Source: Candidatus Poribacteria bacterium (GTDB lineage: Bacteria; Poribacteria; WGA-4E; PCPOR2b). From it: a stretch of DNA of 64,000 nucleotides. The stretch spans positions 2,304,001 to 2,368,000 of the forward strand of contig OZ242351.1 of NCBI GenBank assembly GCA_965208675.1. The letters run 5' to 3'. Below the pieces are notes generated by a model. That model saw only the letters and a program-made list of their open reading frames with translations. It was not told where the DNA came from and did no database searches. A program made the position numbers and the translations under genes. This document shows, in pieces, positions 51,333 to 60,799 of the stretch; the stretch's first letter is position 1; each line of letters begins with the position of its first letter.

Positions 51333-51637
51333 GTAGGAAACTACAATCGTTATTCTCTACGAAATGCGCGTAACATGCAATTATTTCCAAAATCATTTCG
51401 CAATATAAATAATCGGTTACGCGGAAGGTAAGAAAACGTTGGGGAAATCACAGATTTGGTTGGCAGAAATCATTTTATGACCACGTAATCAGAAACGATG
51501 AGGATATATATCGTGTCCGTGCCTACTTCCAATACAACCAACTGAACTGGAAATTGGATAAAAATAACCGAACCAACTGTAACAAATGGCATGGTGTAGG
51601 GAAAAACGATCGTTGTTCCCTACGAAGGACTCGTTAA
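51333..51637 (+). pseudogene. REP-associated tyrosine transposase (RAYT/TnpA-REP) remnant, C-terminal half
   Basis: RNMQLFPK/(frameshift)IISQYK*SVTRKVR...WQKSFYDHVIRNDEDIYRVRAYFQYNQLNWKLDKNN matches the RAYT WQ..F.DH.IR...Y...NP..W motif; flanked by REPs. Confidence 0.8.
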
Positions 51638-51657
51638 AAATACAAATAGGGTGAATC

Positions 51658-53073
51658 GTGCAGTATTCAATTATGAATCATTCTGACATTGATTTAGGAC
51701 ATAGGATAGATGCCGAATATTTTCAGCCTACCTACCTGCACATAGAAGAAAAACTCGTAGAGAATCAGGCAATACCACTGAAGAACTTTTGTTCTATTAC
51801 CGGCAGCGCCTTTTATCCTGCTGCGATTCACCTTTATGCAGCTGATGGTTTACCATTTATCCGATGTGTTGACTGTGTCTCATACCCTATTATTACATCA
51901 AGACAAAGCACACAATTTGAAAAAATACCGAGAGAATTTGCCAATGAACATAAAAACATCAAGAGGTTGTCAAAAGGGGAAATAGTCATAACGAAAGTAG
52001 GAACCCCATGTTTTGCCTCGATAATTCATGATATAGAGGAGATGGCTTTATCGCGCAATGTCTTAGGCCTGAAATCAATCGCTAATATTGATCCTTACTA
52101 CTTAGTTGCTTTTCTACGTTCAAAATATGGTTTCTTACAATTGCTCAGGGAAAGAGAACTGACAATCCAGTTTAAATTGACGTTTGACCGAGTAGGAAAT
52201 GTTCTCATTTTCAAGCCAGCGGATAATAAGTTAGAAAACCGAATAGCGGATAGCTTAATTTTACACGAAGCGATTAAAAAGGAATCAGAACAATTATACA
52301 GTCAAGCCCAAGCCCTCCTCCTCGCCGAACTTGGGCTTGCTAACTGGCAACCGAAACACCGATTGACATTTGTTAAAGACTACTCCGACACTGAACAAGC
52401 CGAGCGTGTTGATGCGGAATACTACCAGCCGAAATATGAGGGAATCGTTGAGGCGATAAAAAACTGTATGGGCGGCTGGGATACGCTGGGGAATTTAGTT
52501 ATGATAAAGAAATGTATAGAAGTAGGAAGCTAAGAGTATCTTAATGAAGGAGTTCCTTTTGTTCGCGTCAGCAACTTAAACCCATTTGAAATCACTAGTG
52601 AAAAGTATATTTCCGATTCGGTGTATTCAAGAGCTGCGCAACACCAACCTCAACAAAGCGAGATACTTCTCAGCAAGGACGGTACCCCCGGCATTGCCTA
52701 TTATTTGCGCGAGGTCCCTCCAAAAATGATTCCGTCAGGAGGAATACTCCGATTGAAAAGCAAGACTGATAGAATTGACAATGAGTATTTGACACTGGTA
52801 CTAAATTCAATATTGACTAAAGAGCAATCAAACAGAGATGTTGGCGGTTCATTAATTCCTCATTGGCGTCCGGAACAGGTTAAAGCAATGGTCATTCCAA
52901 TTTTGCCGATAGAAAAACAAAACCAAATCCAACAAAAAGTCGTTGAATCCTTCAACTTAAGAAAACAGTCGAAACATTTACTGGAATGTGCCAAGCGGGC
53001 GGTAGAAATCGCCATTGAGCGCGACGAACAAACTGCGATTGAGTGGCTGGAGGAGGAAATCAAAGAGATTTAA
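51658..53073 (+). pseudogene. R-M specificity (HsdS-like) subunit with an in-frame TAA
   Basis: Repeated RIDAEYFQP / RVDAEYYQP. TAA at 52531-52533, then the frame continues EYLNEGVPFVRVSNL into ORF 52621-53073 (ILLSKDGTPG). Confidence 0.85.
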
Positions 53074-53163
53074 GTTTATCACCACTGATTGCTGACAGCC
53101 AACAATTCAACAAACAGTATTACCGTCCGTAGTTCTGCCTTTCGATAGAATCAAGAATCGCTA

Positions 53164-53507
53164 ATGGAAATTGCTCCTATTTTCTATAAGATCTTTGTCA
53201 CAACCTACAATCTCGAAATACGCCGGTTCTTGGGCACGGCATTTCCAATTACGCCAAATGGTGGATTGTTAACTTGCCGTCACGTCGTGGATTCTGATTC
53301 CAGGTTTAATTACTATAGACGAAAAAGTCTACAGTTTCGGTTATTATGTTTCTGAAAACAACCTCCACATGGGTTACTTCAAAGGAAACATTGTAAATTT
53401 CTTGAGTGAGTTCCGAATGAACGACGAGATCTGGTTTAATATGTCTTTCATACGCCGTTATAAAGGGATTGTCTGGCAGCCCTGTATTAACCTATCATAA
53501 CGGTTGA
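53164..53507 (+). pseudogene. Decayed trypsin-like peptidase
   Basis: GTAFPI..LLTCRHVV in one frame; MGYFKGNIVNF and KGLSGSPVL in downstream fragments. Confidence 0.65.
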
Positions 53508-53604
53508 AGTGCCAACGTAAATTTAGTGCGCTGCCATCGAAAATTTAGACCACGCTCGTAACCAAGATTGTGATACAATTGCAATTAATTGAAAGGAGAT
53601 TCCG

Positions 53605-54162
53605 ATGGCATACACAATGCGCATTAACTGGACAGAACGTCTCAAGGAAGTGATTCCCTACCCGTGTTGTGATTACCGTCCTTTTGTTTGCCGAAATGAG
53701 AAAAACGGCTTTCCTGACGCACATGATGTTATCATGATCGGGGAGGACGAAAAGACTAAACTTGACACGAATTGGTGGAATTTCTGGAACCTAGAATCGG
53801 GATTCGACTACAAACGCTTCGAAACCTATTATTTGGAATATCGCCGCAAAATAGGAGAGTCAGGGGAGTCTCGCACAAGAACTTGTCTCGATCTAATCCA
53901 CGCGGACGGTATCAACGCGGTCGAGACAAACGCATCTCACGCAAAGGTTGTGAAACTCCTAATAGAAAATATGCCATTGAAAGCGATTGTTGCCTACGGC
54001 GTCCCAGCGAAGAAATTGGTGAGTAACTTCCAATCTCAACGGGTTATCACTCTCTCCGACGAAAGAATCATTCGGGAAAAGCATTTCAGTCGTGGTTTTA
54101 GTTATAGAGGTAAAGATTCAGACGTTGAAAGGCTTTGCGAAAAAATAAACCGACTTCTCTGA
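53605..54162 (+). CDS. Hypothetical protein, possibly uracil-DNA-glycosylase-like fold
   Basis: AAGGAG RBS; RPFVC..IMIG, AVETN, IVAYG..A, HFSRG motifs recall divergent UDG-superfamily proteins. Confidence 0.45.
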   Translation: MAYTMRINWTERLKEVIPYPCCDYRPFVCRNEKNGFPDAHDVIMIGEDEKTKLDTNWWNFWNLESGFDYKRFETYYLEYRRKIGESGESRTRTCLDLIHADGINAVETNASHAKVVKLLIENMPLKAIVAYGVPAKKLVSNFQSQRVITLSDERIIREKHFSRGFSYRGKDSDVERLCEKINRLL

Positions 54163-54574
54163 GTTAGTGTGGGCGAGTGCGGCGAGTTCTTGAAGACCGA
54201 CTATTGCTTAATTCCTAGTCAGGAGATTCAAACTGCAATTTCCCCGGCTGGGACGTATGCGAAGGCGGCGGCATTTCTGCCGGGATAGTGTGACGGAATC
54301 CCTCACTTCGTCGCTGTGGGTGTAGCGTCTCAACGCGTTCCTCAAGATGCGGTACTAACCGAGAGAGATGCTTCAGTTGAAGGTGGGCTTATGTTTTCAC
54401 AGGAAAAGGAATGCATGTTACGGCTTGCCAAATCCCAAGTGTTGAACGGGTTGGTTGGAAGGTGGGAAACATAGCAGCGCTTTAGCTTTGTTAATTCTAT
54501 TCTGACAAGTCAGCTTAATTTTATATACGACCGGAACGCTCAAAGAAGGAATTAAACAACGACTTGGCGGACAG

Positions 54575-54916
54575 TCACCCCCAAGATGGCAGATCGTTGG
54601 TTATCTGCTGGATGTAGTCGGATGTTTTGCGGAGTTCTTTTTTATGCTGTTCATCCGCTTTACGCTTCGCAATATCTCCAGCGATATATTCAACTCCCCA
54701 AGCCCCCTTTTTAAGCCGTTTCAAAACAAATTCGCCCCCCATTCGCCTATTTATATAGTCGAGTAGATTCCTCAAAACCCAGTACACATCCGACGAAGAA
54801 TACTGAAGATTATTTTGAGGAGATTGCTCCCCAACATAATTCAAGGATTGCATAACTATTTCGACTGTTTCCCGTACTGTATAGGTTTTATCGGAATAAA
54901 ACTGAATTGTCAGCAT
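54575..54916 (-). CDS. Hypothetical protein
   Basis: 113-codon AT-rich ORF, no recognised motif. Confidence 0.35.
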   Translation of the reverse strand: MLTIQFYSDKTYTVRETVEIVMQSLNYVGEQSPQNNLQYSSSDVYWVLRNLLDYINRRMGGEFVLKRLKKGAWGVEYIAGDIAKRKADEQHKKELRKTSDYIQQITNDLPSWG

Positions 54917-55137
54917 TGTTTTTGGTTTGGTGTAGAAATGTTGGTAAGTTCCTGTTGAAATTTCGATGTAAGTGTTGAGAATTAAAACTAGCAGCGGTGT
55001 TTCACCTAATAGGGCTATAACTTTAGGTTAGGCACTATCGTTTACTTTAACGGTAGGCATACGCGGGGGTTGTGCATCGAATCGAACATCTTTTTTGGTA
55101 TTATTCCGGACTTGAATCAGTTGAGCAGCAATGCTCA

Positions 55138-55413
55138 CAGTTCTTGTATGTTGGGTTGAGCGGATAAATCCAAATGCGTAACGATGGCAGATGTTCGGCC
55201 GGGACATCCAAACGCCCTTTTACCGAAATAATGTAGCGTAACCCAACGCTTTTCAAATCACCCAGTCGCTACTGATTGCTCAATACATTCGAAATAACCA
55301 AAAGCGTTGGATTCGCTAAATCCAAACTAACTCTAAACCACTTCAAATCCCTATATCCATTCGATTTATTGCGACCATTTCGCTTGCTCGGCTTAACCCA
55401 ACCTACAAAAACT
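55138..55413. repeat. REP-array/MITE-like element, four-unit copy
   Basis: Ends CAGTTCTTGTATGTTGGGTTGAGC and GCTTAACCCAACCTACAAAAACT; internal AACCCAACGCTTTT/AAAAGCGTTGG; near-duplicate of 59216-59481. Confidence 0.85.
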
Positions 55414-55434
55414 ACGAAAAATTAAGGAGGGTTG

Positions 55435-56691
55435 TTGATAAAGAATATCACAGTATTCTCAATCATATACTCGCTGCTTTATGGCGGTGTGTCAGCCGCC
55501 GGTGCATCGGATTGGCCGCAGTGGCGCGGTCCCAATCGAGATGGGATTTCCTAGGAAGTTGGGCTTCTCAAAAAGTGGCCCGATGGCGGTCCTGAAGTCT
55601 TCTGGAGAGTTTCTCTCGGCGAGGGGTTTTCCGGTATTTCCGTCGCTGACGGACGTGTCTATACGATGTTCTCGGACGCAGAAGATGAATTCGTCGTTTG
55701 TCTCGATGCCTCTAATGGGGAAGAGATTTGGCGGTTTCGTACCGACAAAACATTCTATGAATACGAGGGCGGCAATGGGCCTCGTGCAACCCCGACAATC
55801 GACGGGGAGCTCCTCTTCACGGTGTCCGCACAGGGCAAATTCTATGCGTTGCATAGTGTAAATGGAGAGACGGTCTGGTCTTACGATTTGATTAAAGATT
55901 TCAGAGGCTACATGCCCAGGTGGGGATTCAGTTCTTCGCCGTTGGTGGAAGGCAATCAGCTTTTTGTAGAGGTCGGCGGAAACAATGGGAAGTTTATCGT
56001 GGCTTTTGATAAGAGGAATGGGGATGTCCTCTGGACTTCCCACACAGGCAAACTGGGATACGCCTCGCCGATTGCTGTTACAATTAGCGGGATACGGCAA
56101 CTCATTGTCTTCGCGGGGCATCGGTTGCTCTCAGTATCAACCGATAACGGTGAACTGCTCTGGAGTTACCCGTGGCGGACGGGACGGTATGATGTTCACG
56201 CGGCAACTCCCATTTTCATTGCACCGGACAAGATTTACATCTCATCGGCGTACGGAAAGGGAGCCGCAGTCGTACAGGTCAAGGTAACGGATTCTCCGGA
56301 ATCAAGTGCTCGGAACAAAATAGAGGTCGAAGAGGTTTGGAAAAATGAGAGAATGCAGAACCGGTTGGCTACGTCGGTTTTGCATGACAATCACCTTTAC
56401 GGCTTTCACAGGACTATTTTGAAATGTATTGATGCCAATACCGGCGTGGAAAAATGGAAAACTCGAGGATACGGAGAAGGCACGCTCATGCTCGCAGACG
56501 GACACCTGATTATTCTCGGTGACCGCGGCAAGCTGGGTTTGGTAGAAGCGACCGCTTCCGCTTATCATGAGGCGGCGAGCGCAGACGTGCTGAACGGACT
56601 GTGTTGGACGGTACCGACGCTTGCGAACGGCAGGCTCTACGCTCGAAACGAGAAGGAGATGGTCTGTTTAGACATGACAGGCCCGAATTAG
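55435..56691 (+). pseudogene. Secreted PQQ-like beta-propeller (BamB-like) protein with an in-frame TAG
   Basis: AAGGAGG RBS, TTG start, signal peptide, [23 protein letters not shown] (TAG 55552-55554), in frame with ORF 55666-56691 carrying propeller repeats. Confidence 0.8.
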
Positions 56692-56748
56692 CGGATGACT
56701 TTTGAAACGAGATTAACTCATGATGAGGTAAAACGAAAGGAGCTTACA

Positions 56749-57321
56749 ATGAAAAGGGAAGTCAACGTGTTTAGAAGTAAAACTTCAATGCTGTTACTGT
56801 TGATTGCCGTTACCACCGTGTTGGCGAGTTGCGATGCGGTTCAGGACTTTGCGGACTTGTTGCCGCCGCCGCAGTCAGCAGGGGCACACGCTGTGATTGA
56901 TTCGACGAGCGGAAGCGAGGTAACGGGTACGGCGGTTTTCGAACAGACTGGAGATACAATCACGCTAACGGTTGAGATTCAGAACGCGGAACCGGGACTC
57001 CACGGTGTTCACATCCACGAATTTGGTGATTGCAGCGCACCCGACGGGACATCGGCAGGCGGGCATTGGAATCCGACCAACACCGCCCACGGCAAATGGG
57101 GAGAGGGTGAATTCCATCTCGGCGACATCGGTAATATATTGGTTAGCGATGACGGTACCGGCAACATCGAATTGACGACAGACTTATGGGAGCTCGGAAC
57201 CGGTTCAATCTTCGATGTTGTGGGAAAAGGCATAATTGTACATGCCGACGCAGACGATTTTACCTCCCAGCCTTCAGGGGCTGCCGGTGCCCGAATCGGC
57301 TGCGGAGCCATTGTTGAGTGA
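56749..57321 (+). CDS. sodC: Cu/Zn superoxide dismutase lipoprotein
   Basis: Lipobox VLASC; GLHGVHIHEFGDC, SAGGHWNP, HLGDIGNI, IIVHADADD, GARIGCG. AAGGAG RBS before ATG 56749. Confidence 0.95.
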   Translation: MKREVNVFRSKTSMLLLLIAVTTVLASCDAVQDFADLLPPPQSAGAHAVIDSTSGSEVTGTAVFEQTGDTITLTVEIQNAEPGLHGVHIHEFGDCSAPDGTSAGGHWNPTNTAHGKWGEGEFHLGDIGNILVSDDGTGNIELTTDLWELGTGSIFDVVGKGIIVHADADDFTSQPSGAAGARIGCGAIVE

Positions 57322-57426
57322 TTAGATTGGCATCCTCTCATGACGGGGGTAAGGGGCTCCTTTGTAAATGATTCGCTGCGGGTAGTTCAATTCCCGCTGC
57401 GGTCGCCCTTTTAATTAACCCGTCCT

Positions 57427-57615
57427 ATGTTTAACTCGAAAGCAGTTTTGTTTGGTTCATGCAGCGTTCGATTGCCTGTTCGGGTCTATTGGCACGATAT
57501 GGGGATGCTAGCATCGCCCGCCACGGCACAAGGTGACAATATCGGAGACACTGAGTGCACGAGTGTGACGGTCGTTGATGCGGACGGCAATAGGCGTTAT
57601 GGCATAATACAATAA
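57427..57615 (+). pseudogene. Probable gene fragment
   Basis: GMLASPATAQGDNIGDTECTSVTVVDADG looks like a signal-peptide end plus mature N-terminus of a secreted protein; no intact start or body. Confidence 0.3.
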
Positions 57616-57635
57616 ACAACAACACGGGATGAATT

Positions 57636-58853
57636 ATGAATATAAGAAACAAGCGCAGCTTCGTCGCGCTTGGCGGTCTATTGATGTCAATCGGAGTGTT
57701 GGCGGTTAGCGTTTTTATGCCAAGCGTTAACGAAGATTCGGTATTCCGAATTCCGGACTGGAACGTCAAATCGGTTTATGCGAATGATGAAGACACTCGC
57801 ATGATGACTGGAGATGTTCCCATCGGTGTTGTCGTGGCACAGACCGGGAAACATGCCGAAGCGTACGGTTTCGCTATGCAACGCGGTTTTGAATTGGCTC
57901 GCGAGGAGATTAACAACGCCGGTGATGTAAAACTCACGTTTAACACTGTGGATGATCGGAGCAGTGTGGACGGTGCGAAGGAGGCTGTACGGCACTTGGC
58001 GGACCAGGGTGTATCTGCCATCGTCGGACTCGCAATCTCGACGCACCTTAAAGAGGCTGCGCCGATCGCGCAGCAGCATAGAGTTATCGCTTTTAGCTCG
58101 GTCTCCTCCGCTGCCGGTTTGAGCGCGATTGGGGATTTTATCTTCCGCACCAGTCTCGCCACAAATATTAGCATACCCAGCGGTTTGGCCGCGACTCAAC
58201 AGAAACTCGGCTATAAAAAAGTGGCATTGATATATGATGAGATCGATGTCTATTCCATAAATAGCAATGAAGTGTTAAGGCGAGCACTTGAAGCCAACGG
58301 AGTCGAGATTCTCATCATGGAATCCTTTCAAACCGGCGATACCGATTTGACCCGGCAATTGACCAATATAGTAGCGGCAAATCCTGACGCACTCTTTGTC
58401 TCCGCGCTTTCACAAGAAATAGCACAGACTGTTGCGCAAACTTCCGAGGTGGGTGTTCCCGACAGTATTGACATTATTGTCCCCGATCTAACCATGAATG
58501 AAGTGCGAAAGGCGGGGGATGCCGCTGAGGGCGCCATAGGTTTTATCGGATGGTTTACCATGTCTGACGCCCCCGGAAACCAATCCTTCGTTCAGAATTA
58601 TCGGGCGAAATATGGTATCCAGCCCGAACCGTGGGCGGCACAATCGTATGCAACCCTTTACGTGCTCGCTAACGCAATTAAGACGGCGCAATCGACGGAT
58701 GCCGCAGCCATTCGGGACGCGCTTGCGCAAACGAAGGATTTCCCGACAATTTTGGGCAAATCGGGCGCGTTCTCATTCAATCCTGACGGTGACGCACTGT
58801 ATGACCAAATTATAATGGTCGTTAAGGACGGAGAACTTCAGTTCTTTGAATAA
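57636..58853 (+). CDS. Branched-chain amino acid-type ABC substrate-binding protein (LivJ-like)
   Basis: IGVVVAQTG..YG, GFELAREEIN, DFIFRT, FQTGDTD, AAQSYAT, FNPDGD. Confidence 0.9.
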   Translation: MNIRNKRSFVALGGLLMSIGVLAVSVFMPSVNEDSVFRIPDWNVKSVYANDEDTRMMTGDVPIGVVVAQTGKHAEAYGFAMQRGFELAREEINNAGDVKLTFNTVDDRSSVDGAKEAVRHLADQGVSAIVGLAISTHLKEAAPIAQQHRVIAFSSVSSAAGLSAIGDFIFRTSLATNISIPSGLAATQQKLGYKKVALIYDEIDVYSINSNEVLRRALEANGVEILIMESFQTGDTDLTRQLTNIVAANPDALFVSALSQEIAQTVAQTSEVGVPDSIDIIVPDLTMNEVRKAGDAAEGAIGFIGWFTMSDAPGNQSFVQNYRAKYGIQPEPWAAQSYATLYVLANAIKTAQSTDAAAIRDALAQTKDFPTILGKSGAFSFNPDGDALYDQIIMVVKDGELQFFE

Positions 58854-59073
58854 TCGGCAGCAAAGACGTTTGTTGAATTCGCATTCGGTATCGTTTTGCG
58901 GCTGTGGTCGAATCCGAGCCGGTAGACGCTTTGACATTACCGCATTGACATTCCTACCCGGCACAATTCGTTTCGTGGGATACCGGTGCGCGCCGGGAAT
59001 CGGATTAGATGGCCCATCGAAAACGTGAGTTATCTTTGAACTCTGCGCGATCAGCCAATTAAATCGCCAAAAA

Positions 59074-59483
59074 CCAGTTTTTGTAGGTTGGGTTGAGCAG
59101 GTAATTCCAAATCCGGTCTTGAGGAATTAACCGGTCACGAGTACCAAACGTCACGCTTGCCGAGATTCATGCCGCGAAACCCAACGCTTTTCTGGCGTAC
59201 AGAGGTTTGAAAAGCGTTGGGTTGAGCGGATAAACCCAAAGCCGTAACAATGGCAGATATTCGGCCGAAACATCCAAACGACCCCTTTACCGAAATTGAT
59301 GTAGCGTAACCCAACGCTTTTCAAATCACCTAGCCGCTACTGATTGCTCAATACATTCGAAATAACCAAGAGCGTTGGGTTCGCTACATCCAAACTAATT
59401 CTAAACAGCTTCAAATCACGAAACCCATTCGACATATTGAGTCCATTTCACTTGCTCCGCTTAACCCAACCTACAAAAACTGG
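59074..59483. repeat. REP-array/MITE-like element, six-unit copy with 25-bp TIR
   Basis: CCAGTTTTTGTAGGTTGGGTTGAGC / GCTTAACCCAACCTACAAAAACTGG (24 of 25 match); alternating inverted AACCCAAC units. Confidence 0.88.
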
Positions 59484-59700
59484 GACTCGAATCAAGTAAC
59501 CATCATAAGCGTGAGTTTTCTATGAAGGGTGCGTAATCATCCAATGAAAAAGCGAAATTTCAAGATGGTAGGTTTCGTATGGAACTTAAACGTCTAGCTA
59601 TGCTATAATGCTTAACAGAGGTTAGGAGATGAGATAGTCGATCAGTGCATGATGTATCTATCGCGTTTTTGCGCAAGATTTCTAAAGGGGAGGATTCCTG

Positions 59701-60465
59701 ATGAGGAGGATAGCTTACTGTTTCATTGCGATTACTGTATTTTTCAGCCTGATTTCCGTTAAAGCTCCGGCTGACCTTGTTGACGGACTGGTTGCCGCTT
59801 GGTTGCTCGATGAGGGAAAAGGGGCTGTTATGAAAGATGCTGTCGGTGACCACGACGGCGAAATTGATGGCGGGGAATGGACTGATGACGCCAAGAGCGG
59901 AAAGTCTGCCTATCGGCTTGCGGGTCAAACGCTCATTACGGTTAAAAATTCGAAGGACATTGATATCCTAAAGGACGGGTTTACGATCGCGCACTGGATT
60001 AACCCCAAACAGGGCGGCGCGATTATGGATAAATCGGGGGATGACGGTTCGAGAATTCAGTGGTACATCCTTGGCGACAAACGCCACCATTGGGGCATCG
60101 GCGGGGCATGGGGGTTTTCGGATGGCAATCCGGTTCCCAATTTTAACGAATGGTATCACTTCGCATGGTCGCATGAACCAGATGAAGCGAGCATTGTTTA
60201 TCGTGACGGGGAGGAAGTTGGCATGAACCGCCTCGGGGCAGTTCCAGAAACCGGGAGGGATATGCACTTTGGCAACCGGTTGCCTTGGGAGGGCCGGCAA
60301 GAGTGGTTCAATGGGATATTGGACGATATCGGTTTCTGGAATCGACCGTTGTCCGAGGATGAGGTCAATGAACTCATTGAGAAAGGGCTGCCAAATTTCC
60401 TCGCCGTGTCACCACAGGGCAAATTAGCGACGACGTGGGCAACACTGAAAACTCGCCTGAATTAG
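59701..60465 (+). CDS. Secreted LamG-like jellyroll protein
   Basis: Signal peptide, LVAAWLLDEGKG, FTIAHWI, EWYHFA, FNGILDDIGFWNRPLS, tail AVSPQGKLATTWATLK. Confidence 0.88.
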   Translation: MRRIAYCFIAITVFFSLISVKAPADLVDGLVAAWLLDEGKGAVMKDAVGDHDGEIDGGEWTDDAKSGKSAYRLAGQTLITVKNSKDIDILKDGFTIAHWINPKQGGAIMDKSGDDGSRIQWYILGDKRHHWGIGGAWGFSDGNPVPNFNEWYHFAWSHEPDEASIVYRDGEEVGMNRLGAVPETGRDMHFGNRLPWEGRQEWFNGILDDIGFWNRPLSEDEVNELIEKGLPNFLAVSPQGKLATTWATLKTRLN

Positions 60466-60799
60466 CGAATCTGCTGAGATATACTTAAAGTGGACGTGAA
60501 AAAGGTCCAAACGCAACCCAACAAGTGTTTTTCGGGAATTTGCACTCCAATCCAAAAAATCGAGTTTGGTCAGCAACAAAGAGAGGAGGTGTGTTGCGTT
60601 ATTGCTTAAGTTTGGGGCGCCGTGAAAGATTTAACCTTGCGCATTTCAGAATTGTACATCTAAACACGCTTTTTCTCATGAATTCCAAACCCAAACATTA
60701 TTGTGACGAGATATTACAGATTCTAGGTTGTTCGGTGGTTTTGCCGGTTGTTGGTACGATAATTTGCACAAAAAAATGCTTTGAATAGGGAGGCTTGAC

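Noticed and set aside
47660-53073. Classical three-subunit type I R-M system
   Set aside because: No helicase-containing HsdR in the window; the nuclease motif is fused to the methyltransferase.
57340-57420. Complete tRNA gene
   Set aside because: No D-arm, anticodon arm or paired acceptor stem could be built; only a T-arm-like hairpin.
59074-59483. Possible CRISPR array
   Set aside because: Units alternate in orientation, spacers vary widely in length and are themselves duplicated at 55.1-55.4 kb, and no cas genes are present.
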